A DNA stretch of 64,000 nt, taken from Amphiscolops sp. MND2022 (Eukaryota). The position numbers were made by a program, and so were the translations under genes. The stretch spans positions 4,776,001-4,840,000 of the forward strand of contig OZ076409.1 of NCBI GenBank assembly GCA_964187785.1, read 5' to 3'. Positions 52,534 through 62,540 of the stretch are shown piece after piece. Numbering within the stretch: the stretch's first letter is position 1; every line of letters begins with the position of its first letter. The notes beneath the pieces were generated by a model. The model was given only the letters and a program-made list of their open reading frames with translations, had not been told where the DNA came from and ran no database searches.

Positions 52534-55374
52534 CTAACTCGTCATTTTCCACGTCGACTTTATATGATAATTGTAGGAATTGGCAAAATATTCTTTGAAA
52601 ACTTTGGTAAGATCTTCTTTAATTGTGGGAGATAGTAGGTCAATGTCTTTCTTGGTCGCTTGGTGAATCGCAATAGACCGGTACCAAAAATTTTGTCTAC
52701 TTGAAGATAATCGCAGTTTCGGTAGTACAAATAATTCGGACTCGGCAGCTCTCGTTCTTTTATCTGAAGGGAGAAAACGTACCTTCGGCTCCCAGTCATA
52801 GTTGTACTTGTCATTGACTATACGACTCAAGAGAAGGATATCATGTAACTCAATGTATAGCGAGATTGGTAATAAATTCAGGCGGTGTAGTCTCATTTTG
52901 TAATCTGGCTCATGGTCGATCCATTTCGTAACGCGTGCCTGAAACAATTCTAAAGCAGAAAGCGAATTGGTATTTGCATGGCTAACTTGCATGCCATAAG
53001 TTAAAATTGGGACTAATAAACCACGATATAAGTTCATTTTCGCTCCTTTGGATGTTCTCGGGGAAACATTTCTTCTGATCATGTGAAACATGCTATAGGC
53101 TTTAGAAACTCTACTTTTAATATGTTCGCTCCAATTCAGATTGTCACAGATGATAACTCCCAGGTCCTTTTCACATTGTTTTCTCTCAAAAACGGAATTT
53201 CCAAACAAAAAGGGTCCCTGGTCTTTGCCCTTGAATAGCAGATAACCGCATTTACTAATATTGGCGCTCATTCTGTTGGAATTACACCATTCAAGGATAT
53301 GTCTCAAGGATAATTGGAGATTTTGATGGTCGTCAGAATATAGTTTTAGGTCATCAGCGAATAATTTGGAATCCACGCTCAAGTTTTTAACTACATCATT
53401 GATGTAAGTGACAAACATTAGTGGTCCCAGCAGCGACCCTTGGGGGACACCACTTGTGGCGTATTTGTAATCCGACAAACTGCTGTTTACTCTAACTCTT
53501 TGCCTTCTGTTACTAAGGTAATCCCTAAGTATGTCATGTAGACCCCCCTGAATCCCAGCTGACCATAGCTTCCGTAAAAGGATGTTGTGGCAAATTTTAT
53601 CAAAGGCTTTTTCGAAATCGATGTATATTGTCGCAAAGTAAGAAATATCCTGATTTTCTCTAGCTCGGTAGATATCGTCCACATAGTCCAAAAGTTGAAG
53701 AACGGCAGATTTGTTTCTAGAAAAGCCGTACTGAGAAGAATTTATATCATCCTTGACGTGTGCATATATGGCATCGTATAGTATGCGTTCGTAGACCTTC
53801 GATATCGTGCAAAGGAGCGCCACTGGGCGATACATTTCAACGCAGCTCTTATCACCCTTTTTGAACAGCGGAACTATTGTGGCATCTTTCCATGCTGACG
53901 GGAATTTGTGCTTATTTGCAGCGGTCCTCAGGAGTAGGTAAATTGACGGGGCTAAAGATTCGGCACACTTTTTGAGGAAAATATTCGGAATATTGTCTGG
54001 TCCACGTGATTTGTTCACGTTTAAATTAGACAGTATTTTAACAATATCGCGCACGCTGAAGTGTATACTGCTGGTTATAATCCTTGGTTCAGTATTTACC
54101 AATTCATCGGATTCCAAAAATTGGGTAGCAATGTTATACACACTTGCGAACCAATTGTTAAATAAATTCGCTTTGTCAGTATCAGTTTGGACTTGCTTGT
54201 CTCTATAGTGCATAACTGAGGGGAGTCTGTCAGGTGATTTGATTTCTTTGATATAGCGGTAAATTTTGTCAAAACGTCTTGACCTAAACACATTTTCCTC
54301 GTAATCTAATTGATCTATACTTGTCATCTCCTTGATAGTTGTAAGCAGGTTTAGAATTTTGCACGATCTGGCATACGAAAAGTTTCGTAACTGTTTTGAT
54401 TCCATTGATTTCATTTTCCTTATAACGCATGAAGTTTCTGGTTTTATCCATGCTGGTAAAGAAGATCGGTGCTTGGTGCGTTTGGGAATGGTTTGTTTGT
54501 GAATTTCATCTAACCAAGTGTACCATTGCTCAGTAAGAACATCCACATTACTATAACAGTACGGAGTAAAAGGGTTTGATAATATATAATCGTTTACGGA
54601 TGGAAAGTCCGCTTTTGAGTAAGAGTAGCAATTGAGTTTGGCGTGGGGTGTTGGGTCATAATAGGCCTCGAACGTCATGGAATAGGGATAATGGTTGCTC
54701 AGTGGTTTATCGTCAATGGCAAACGATTTATGCATAGTAAGATTTATCTTACACAGGGTCACAAATTCTGGGCTGTTCGTGAGAATGACCTGGAGTGAAT
54801 TTCCAGATGAGTCTTCATGAATCATTTGCTCGAAATTGTAGTAGACAAGTAAATCCAATATTTCCGATTCAAAGTTATCAGAAGACTCCATCACATACCA
54901 ATTGGTAAATTCAAAGTTTATATCTCCGGTGATAATTACGTGCTCTATGTTATTGCTATTCTTCAGATTATCTATATTCACAAGGAAGTCCGTGAATTTT
55001 TGTAATGACCATTTATAGGGACTATTGGCTGGGGCTGAGTAGATTGATGCAATTAAAATCTTTGTATCATCGAGATCGATTTGCACACAGGCACAATCGT
55101 CATTGGCTACATTTGGAAGTTGTATTTCTTTAGAGATAAGCCGCTTCGACAACGCAATTAACGTACCTCCGTGACTTGTTTTATCGCCCGATTTGGATGG
55201 TCGGTCGCCTCTGAATACATTGAACTGGTTTAAGAATAACGAATTGTTTGAGATTGCTGAGGTAAGCCATGTTTCTGATAAACAAACGATATCAATGTCC
55301 TGTAGCGCTAATGAGTTGGCTAATGTCTGTCTTCGTGTAATATCTAGAATGCTCCGGACATTATAAATTAGCAC
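52534..55374 (-). CDS. LINE ORF2: AP endonuclease plus reverse transcriptase, intact 946 codons
   Basis: YNVRS, LSETWL, GDIN, SNH (APE); KSRGPDNI, IDFEKAFD, GVPQGSLLGP, FADD (RT). Confidence 0.96.
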   Translation of the reverse strand: MLIYNVRSILDITRRQTLANSLALQDIDIVCLSETWLTSAISNNSLFLNQFNVFRGDRPSKSGDKTSHGGTLIALSKRLISKEIQLPNVANDDCACVQIDLDDTKILIASIYSAPANSPYKWSLQKFTDFLVNIDNLKNSNNIEHVIITGDINFEFTNWYVMESSDNFESEILDLLVYYNFEQMIHEDSSGNSLQVILTNSPEFVTLCKINLTMHKSFAIDDKPLSNHYPYSMTFEAYYDPTPHAKLNCYSYSKADFPSVNDYILSNPFTPYCYSNVDVLTEQWYTWLDEIHKQTIPKRTKHRSSLPAWIKPETSCVIRKMKSMESKQLRNFSYARSCKILNLLTTIKEMTSIDQLDYEENVFRSRRFDKIYRYIKEIKSPDRLPSVMHYRDKQVQTDTDKANLFNNWFASVYNIATQFLESDELVNTEPRIITSSIHFSVRDIVKILSNLNVNKSRGPDNIPNIFLKKCAESLAPSIYLLLRTAANKHKFPSAWKDATIVPLFKKGDKSCVEMYRPVALLCTISKVYERILYDAIYAHVKDDINSSQYGFSRNKSAVLQLLDYVDDIYRARENQDISYFATIYIDFEKAFDKICHNILLRKLWSAGIQGGLHDILRDYLSNRRQRVRVNSSLSDYKYATSGVPQGSLLGPLMFVTYINDVVKNLSVDSKLFADDLKLYSDDHQNLQLSLRHILEWCNSNRMSANISKCGYLLFKGKDQGPFLFGNSVFERKQCEKDLGVIICDNLNWSEHIKSRVSKAYSMFHMIRRNVSPRTSKGAKMNLYRGLLVPILTYGMQVSHANTNSLSALELFQARVTKWIDHEPDYKMRLHRLNLLPISLYIELHDILLLSRIVNDKYNYDWEPKVRFLPSDKRTRAAESELFVLPKLRLSSSRQNFWYRSIAIHQATKKDIDLLSPTIKEDLTKVFKEYFANSYNYHIKSTWKMTS

Positions 55375-55434
55375 GTGGATTATTCGTTTAATACGTTGAT
55401 CGCCGAGATACCTCGGTGAGATACCCGAATGTAG

Positions 55435-55629
55435 TCAATTGTCCGTTTGATTCACGTTTTCAGAATCGGTGTATTTGACAACAACCCATTTTTCGTCGAT
55501 ACGCTGGTGAAGTTCCAATCCTTTGATTTTCAAATTTCTTGGATCAATGCCGTCTGTAATCAGTTTGCGTCGTTTGACTACCGCATCATGTTCTTTTTTG
55601 GCGTCTTCTTTGCTCAGTTCAGGACTCAA
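55435..55629 (-). CDS. LINE ORF1 C-terminal fragment
   Basis: Directly upstream of, and in frame with, ORF2. Confidence 0.6.
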   Translation of the reverse strand: MSPELSKEDAKKEHDAVVKRRKLITDGIDPRNLKIKGLELHQRIDEKWVVVKYTDSENVNQTDN

Positions 55630-55658
55630 ATGATATCCGACAAATTTTTAACCAAACA

Positions 55659-56198
55659 AACAAGAAGCTGGGAACGGCCAAAGTCGGCGCTATATCCAAG
55701 GCTCAAAATTGTTAAAGGGGGGACCTTTTGGGCTTTGTGAAACTCTAGTTTATGAAACAAAATGAAGGGAGACTTTACAAAATTTCCGAAAAAAATTTAA
55801 AAGTGAGATTTTGAACAGTGTCACAGTGCCGAAAAATGTAAAAGAGGGACACTTTTGGATATTTTGACATCCATTGTGTTGCAAAATATCGAAACAAATG
55901 AAGGGGAGACACTTTGGTGCAATCCAAAAAATTTCAAAAAAAGTCGCATGGTGCCGAAAAAAATCCGAGTGAAAAACACCAAAGGGGGGATCCTTAGTAT
56001 GTTTTCTGTTTTCTAGGCTCGGGATGTCAATGTTTTCGTTTTGGACGAGGTTTTGGCGTTTCTAGTATGTTTCAGACGTCCGTAGTTCAAGTTGATGTTG
56101 TTGAACAAATGAACAAAAAAGTGGACCTTACGCGTTTAAAAAAACTACTAACTGTAAGAGTCGGGCACATTTTCTACTAAAATGCGCCGACTTAAAAC
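55659..56198 (-). mobile_element. HINE-like repeat copy
   Basis: AAGTCGGCGC...GCGCCGACTT termini. Confidence 0.7.
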
Positions 56199-56510
56199 GC
56201 CTTTGAATTTATGAGTTTTTTATCCGGGAATAGATGTAAAAAAACACAGAATTTACTTTTGGTTCGATCTTTATTTTCAATAATGTATTGTATAAATTGT
56301 TGCCTCTAATTTTTGACTTTTTCGTTCACACTGTGAAATAGGAAAAATAAACTCTTTCTTATTCGACAAGATGCTCAATCTTTTCTCCAGTAAAAATTTA
56401 GAACGGATCTAAGACTTTATTTTTGAATTGTCAAATTAACTAACTTAAAAAATGTGACTTCGGATAGAGACATTGACAAAAACGGTTACTGTTTTTTCTT
56501 CTAAAAATTA

Positions 56511-56771
56511 TCATTGTGGGGCGTTTTTGCGGAATCGGGCACAACAGGAAGTTTTGAAAGATTTGGGCTGGTTGGATATGTCGACATTTTCTGGGTTCTG
56601 GGAATTGAGGGAGGCGAGGAATTGTTGTTCTTCCTGTCTTTGAATGAGTCTGTAGGTGAATTGGTCCATGCACTGTTTAACGTTGCTCCCGGTGAAGGAG
56701 CTGACCTCTGTGAAGGAAAAATCCGTGTTTGTTCCCAGAGTTGATTTCACCAAGTCAGCTTCCAATTCCAC
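56511..56771 (-). CDS. Rab-family GTPase terminal exon (G5-like EVSS; ...TSCCARFRKNAPQ*)
   Basis: CAG acceptor; phase 0; in frame with upstream exons. Confidence 0.85.
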   Translation of the reverse strand: MELEADLVKSTLGTNTDFSFTEVSSFTGSNVKQCMDQFTYRLIQRQEEQQFLASLNSQNPENVDISNQPKSFKTSCCARFRKNAPQ

Positions 56772-56953
56772 CTGTAAGTCAACAAAACTCAAAATATTTT
56801 CCTTGACGTTTCATGGATGCTCTTACAGGTTGCATTCTATGACTCATTTATTTTTGCATGATTCCTTGATATTACATGAATGCTACTACAGGTTGCATTT
56901 TATGATTCATTGATTTTTAGTCTGATTCCTTGATGTTGCATGAATGTTCTTAC

Positions 56954-57098
56954 AGGCTGCATGTCTGCCTTGTTGCCCACAACCATGAGACATGCATCTT
57001 TGGGCGCATAGCACTCCACGTCATCCATCCACTTCTTCAGACTGTAGAACGTCTGGGGTCGTGTGACGTCATACATCAACACCAGGCCATCTGATTTC
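56954..57098 (-). CDS. Rab GTPase exon (KSDGLVLMYDVT...VVGNKAD)
   Basis: YD and G4 NKxD motifs; AG/GT. Confidence 0.92.
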
Positions 57099-57207
57099 CT
57101 GAGCAGTACCAGAAAAATGACGTCATATTCAGCGAAATGCAGTGCCATCATTTCCCGGAAGATCACGTGACGTTCGAATCAAGAACAAGACGGGAACGTC
57201 TCAAGTC

Positions 57208-58220
57208 CAGGGGTGGTCAAAACTTAATTGAATTGCAATTAATTTATTGTTTGTTTTTTCGGTGTCAGGCCATTTCATCCTATGCAATTTCAACCTATGC
57301 AATTTCAACCGTTGCCATTTCAACCGCTCACAATTTCAACCTATTGCATTTTCAACCGTTCGCAATTTCGGCCTAAACTAATTTTGGCTATTTAGTCTTA
57401 ATTCGGTTGAGCTATTCTTCCGGTGTAATAATTACTAATGACTCAAACAGCCTTAATTATTTGTAATAATTCATGAAGAAGCCAAAACGTACCGAAACTG
57501 GTGTAAAAATTAGCACATTTGAATTTAGAAATGTATGAAAGTTAAAAACACCGAAATAATTATGTAACTAATTAGGATCCATTAGCTAAAATTAGTTTAG
57601 GTCGAAATTGCGAACGGTTGAAAATGCAATAGGTTGAAATTGTGAGCGGTTGAAATAGCAACAGTTGAAAGTGCATAGGTTGAAAGTGTATAGGACGAAA
57701 TGTCATGTAACCGTTTTTTCGTTGATTGTTAGACACAGCAATGTATTGCAATATATTGCAATGTTTGTTTTAGCGCAGTACGGAACTCATCAAGTGTTTA
57801 AATTTCAGAGTATGTTTGTTTTACAAAGTGGACACTATTACATTGCAAACCTACTTTGTATTATTCAGTCATGAAAGGATGCCAAGATTTGAAATCCACT
57901 GTGAAACACTATTTCACCAACTGCACAACAGATGACACAAAATGGAAATGTCAATGAGGGAAACAGCTGACACAAAAAAGAAATGCAATTGTTCCTCAAA
58001 ATAAACAGAAAATTTTGAGACGAAAAACTAGTTTCCTATGTTGTTAATTCTGAGGTTGTTTTGAATTAAGTTTTCTAGAACGTTTTTTATTCATAGTGTT
58101 TGTGATAAGATTTTTGCAAATAATTGCAAGTACTGATTGCAGAGTATTTCAATTAAAAGTAATTTATTGTCAACGCATTAATTGATTGCAAGGCTTGCCA
58201 TTACTGTTTGACCATCCCTA
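57208..58220. mobile_element. hAT-type non-autonomous element with 8-bp TSD CTCAAGTC, inserted in a HINE copy (57184-59465) and carrying a palindromic MITE (about 57260-57713)
   Basis: CAGGGGTGGTCAAA / TTTGACCATCCCTA TIRs; TSD at 57200-57207 and 58221-58228. Confidence 0.85.
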
Positions 58221-58875
58221 CTCAAGTCGGCGCTATATCTAAGGCTCAAAAAGCGCAAATTTCAAAATATGCGCCAGACGTTGTCATGAAAAACTACTTT
58301 TCTCGAACCTGCGCCTCCTCGTTAGTAAAACGCAATATGGTTTGGACTTAACGTCAAAAAATTGGGAATGGCGCTTTTCTCCGTTCAAAATTTCGGATAT
58401 AGCGCTTTACTCCGCTCAAAAGTTCGGATAGTATCAATAAAAATATTTTTGGGTATATATTGAGAAAACATATTTTCAGACAAAAAATGAGAATTTTGAA
58501 GCAGTCTCATAGTGCCGAAAAATTAAAAAGAGAGACATTTTGGGTTTTTTGAAACTCCAGTTTGTTGTAAATTTTCAGAAAATTTGAAGGGGGACCCTTT
58601 GGAGACAAATAAATTCGAAAAAAAGGCTGACAGTGCCGAAAATTGGAAGGGGACACTTCAGTCTCGTCCACTTTCGCTATGCACGAAAACGTTTTTGGTT
58701 GAACCAGGGACTCGAACCCGTGACTGCCGGGTCCCCCTAAAGCGATTCAAGTCTGCACTAAAAAGTGGTACATACACGATGAGGTCTGTGGTCTGACGAA
58801 AAAAAAGAAAAACCAGAGCCGCATATGCAGTAAAGGAGTCGGCTTAGGTCTTTTTCCTTCTCGCTACAATCCCAG

Positions 58876-59340
58876 TCATGCGAATTTGTTAAAATTGCAC
58901 ACATAGGACCATACTATGGTGTAGAAAATGACTGTAGAAATTTCGTTCGAATCGTATGGACAGTTTTTGCAAAAATCAAAAAAGTCGAAAGATGGCTGTT
59001 TTTTGGCCACTTTTGGGTTAATTTTGGCTATGTTTCTCACTTCCCAGCCATACGATTTTGATGTCATTGCACATATAGTACTCTAATTTGGTGTAGAATG
59101 ACTGTAGAAAATTTCGTTCGAATCGTATGGACAGTTTTTGAGAAAATCGAAAAAAGTCGAAAAATGGCAGTTTTTGGGCTAATTTTGGCCCGTTTGGCTA
59201 ATTTTGGTCATGTTTCTCACATTCCAGTGATACGATTGTAATGCCTTTGCGCACGCGGGGGCCCCTTGGATGTAGAATGACTGTGCAAAGTTTTATGAAA
59301 ATCGTATGGACAGTGTTTGAGAAATTTGAAATTTTCATGA
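58876..59340. repeat. About 175-bp tandem repeat, about 3 copies
   Basis: ATGACTGT...AATCGTATGGACAGT recurs three times. Confidence 0.7.
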
Positions 59341-59797
59341 AAAGGTCGGGAGAAAAAAAACAAAAAAACGACGATTGCATAAGTAGTCGAAAATTTTCCG
59401 ACTCCTGAAAATTTAGCTACTGTAATAGTTGGGCACTTTTCACTAAAAAAGGGCCGCTTAAAAATTTTGATGTTGCGGCTCCGTGAAATACAAGGGTTAT
59501 TCACAATCACTTAATGAGATAGTCTTCGTAGGTATTTCATAACATTTTCCCTCCCGCTAACAGTTGTCAAATTCTGTAGAAATGTTAAAAAACAAATATA
59601 AATTAGGATTTGGTTGTAAAAATATAAGTGAAGTCATGAAAAAATAGAGTAAACAATTTTTAAAATAATTCTTTAAACTAAAAAGCGCCCAACTTGAATC
59701 CCAGTTTTTTGAACTATTGATTCCTCGCTTGTGGACATTTGACTGCTCGTGGAAAATTTCTGGGCGCACAAAAAAGGTATTGCGAGATACATGTTTG

Positions 59798-60293
59798 TTT
59801 TTAGTCGGCGCTTTCCTGATGAAAAGAGCCCGACTATTACAGTGGCTAGTTTTTTTTCGTCAGACTGCAATCCTCACCCTGATTGGTCCCTTTTCTTACA
59901 ACAGAAACTACTAAAACTACTAAGGCCTAAGGCCAAGTCGGGCCAGAGGAAACTTAGTGCATAGGGCCCCCCTTTCAGTTTTTACTTTTTCAAGGAAACC
60001 TACAAAACCGGACGAGACTAAATGGTCCCCCCTTTCGATTTTTTCGGCACTATGAGACTTTTTCCCAAAATTTACTAATATGTCCAAAGGGCCCCCTTCC
60101 TTTTTTAAATTTTTTTTTGCAACTGAATGGATGTTGAAAAAGCCCAAAGGGTTCCCTTTTACAATTTTCGGCATTGTGAGATTTTTCTAAATGATAAATT
60201 TTTGTCCTCAAAATTGTTTTTTTTTCAGTTTTTAAAAACTTTGCGCTTTTTGAGCCTTATATATAGCGCCGACTTTAGACCTTCCTGTCTTGT
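59798..60293 (+). mobile_element. HINE-like repeat copy
   Basis: TTTTAGTCGGCGC...GCGCCGACTT...TTGTT. Confidence 0.65.
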
Positions 60294-61481
60294 TAATACT
60301 TGAACTATTTTTGAACAATTTTTGTTTTTTTTTGGAATCAAAAGTTAACTTGAAATTAATTAAACTATGAAAACTTAACATGCTGGTTCAATCAGCTAAA
60401 TCTAGATATCAGAAAATCAGATCAATCACCATACGAAAATAACTGAGCAGAAAATATTTGAAAGAAACTTTTCCGTGAAACCAAACAAATCTCTCATCAT
60501 ATTTCAAAAGTTTTCCCACCAAGATTACTCAGAAATTAAACGAAAGTTGTGATGTACGTCATCTAAAAATAACGATCGTGATTTTTGTACCGACATTTGG
60601 AAATTCATTAATTCCTATGACAAAAATATTAAGTGAACAGTTTTCGAGAAAGTTCGCCCTATCACCAATATTTTTGAAAATTTATTGAAATCATTGGGAC
60701 AAAAAGACTAGGAGCCAAACCAGAAACCTTCATTTTTATATACATTTTCCAGATGACAGTTTAGGATCCAGGTATGAGCTTTGTTCACATTGTTATGATG
60801 TCACGCATTCTTCATTTCACAAAAAAACAGTTTTCAAAAGGAATTTACCTTCTTGTTTAGGACAAAAATTGCAAGTTCATTTAAGTCAGTTAAAAAAATT
60901 TTCAATTCAAAAATTTCAATGGCGCGAGGCAGAAAAGCCTTTTTAGTAAACCACAGTTGATGAATGATTTAGCGTCAGAATCATGAGAAGTAATTCAAGT
61001 CAGTTGTTGGGCCTGATACATAAACGTTGATTTTGCGAGCTTTATGACCGAAATATAGCTAGAATGTGCTGAATATATAAAGAATTAGGAAGTTAAAAAC
61101 AGTAGCGTCAATATAATCGGATGAAAAAAAATTTTCAGAGTCAAAAACTTTTTCAAACATAGTTTTTTGTGCCCTAAGATTTCAATAGTTCTACGCTTTA
61201 CGACAGAAATAAACCCCGTGTTAGGAAATATCAAAAATATAGATTTTTTTCGAAATTACGAAAACGTTCCACAGTGCCGAAAAATGCTATAAAATGAACA
61301 AGACTCACCTGAAATAGGTGTCTTAGGAGGAAACATAAAAAAAACGAAATAGAATTTTAATTTTTTTGAAATCAAAAAGGAGTCGCACAGTGCCGAAAAC
61401 GTGATGAATTGAGTTAGGCTGACGTGAAGTAATGACCTATGAGGAAACATCAAAAAACATAATTATTGAAAACTTTTTTTG

Positions 61482-61876
61482 TTTTTAGTCGGCGCTTCAT
61501 GAAGTGAAACGTGACTATTATAGTGACTCTTTTTTTTTCAATCCACACGAACCGACAAAATAGTTCTACAAGTCCTACAAAGATTTATGGTGTCAAATTG
61601 AACCATTTGGCTTGGCGAACAGAATCAAAAAGGTCCCCCTTTCAGTTTTTTTCGAAAATTTTTCCCCAAAGGGCCCCCCTTCAATTTTTTGATGTTTTGC
61701 GACAATGGATGTTTAAAAATCCGAAAGAGCGCACCAGTTCGGTCGTTTGGGTTTTTTGAAAGTGCTTCGGAACTCTTTTTGTGAGTTTGATACTTTGCGT
61801 TTTTTGACACTTTCGTTTCCTTTTGCTATTTTTGAGCCTTAGATATGGCGCCGACTTATGCCGTTCCCGGCTTGTT
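61482..61876 (+). mobile_element. HINE-like repeat copy
   Basis: 5' subTIR with hairpin; 3' subTIR with GCCG...CGGC hairpin. Confidence 0.7.
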
Positions 61877-61937
61877 TTCGAAATCAAGAACAAGTCGCAC
61901 AGTGCCGAAAAACGTGATAAAAATGAATGAGGCTGAC

Positions 61938-62136
61938 CTGAAGTAGTGTCTTGTGAGTGCCCTGAACTTCTCCTGGCCGCAGGTGTCCCACAGTTGCAGG
62001 GTGCACGTCTCTTTGCCCCCTCTGATAGGCACTGTCTTAAGTAGGAAGTCTATGCCCACAGTGGCAGGCAGTCGCTCGTCGAAAGTGTCACTGCACAGAC
62101 GTTGAATGAAAGACGTTTTGCCCACAGAAGCGTCAC
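61938..62136 (-). CDS. Rab GTPase exon (GDASVGKTS...ATVGIDF...LQLWDTCGQEKFRALTRHYFR)
   Basis: G1, G2, G3 and RabF motifs; AG/GT; phase-consistent. Confidence 0.95.
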
Positions 62137-62177
62137 CTTAACAATGAAGGCTCAAATGTTTACCTTCTTGGCCTTTT

Positions 62178-62540
62178 TATTTGGCGCTTTTCTTTAGAAA
62201 AGAGTCGACTATAATCATGCCTTTTTGTCAGTTTTTTTGATACACCTGAAGTGAAAATAGTTCTACCCTAAAAATTCTTCAAAATTTTAAGAAGACGCCA
62301 AATGGTACCTGTTGGCCCAAGAAACTGAACCAAAAAGGTTTTTCTTTTTTTCCGCGTAAGATACAATACGGGGCGAGACTGAAAGGTCCCACCTTTGAGT
62401 TCTTTCAGCATCGTGGGACTTTTTTCAAACACAATTTTCATCAAATGGTCCCCAATTCACCAATACTTTGGCACCTTGAAGTCCTTTTGCTATTTTTGAG
62501 CCTTTGATATGGCGCCGACTTGGGCCGGTCCCGGCTTGTT
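62178..62540 (+). mobile_element. HINE-like repeat copy
   Basis: 3' end GGCGCCGACTTGGGCCGGTCCCGGCTTGTT. Confidence 0.65.

Larger units (their letters stand above)
52367..55640 (-). mobile_element. 5'-truncated LINE (CR1/L2/Jockey group) with (TTA)n tail
   Basis: APE plus RT ORF2, ORF1 C-terminal remnant, short 3' UTR with GGGAC-CCT-GTCCC hairpin, microsatellite tail. Confidence 0.93.
52191..56285. mobile_element. Tc1/mariner-type MITE (TA TSD) hosting a nested LINE and HINE
   Basis: TA-CAGTGGTGAAAATAAAGATCGAA ... TTCGATCTTTATTTTCAATAATG-TA; absent from duplicate copy A. Confidence 0.8.

Noticed and set aside
52301..52598. Poly-I/L/N ORFs
   Set aside because: Translations of the (AAT)n LINE tail.
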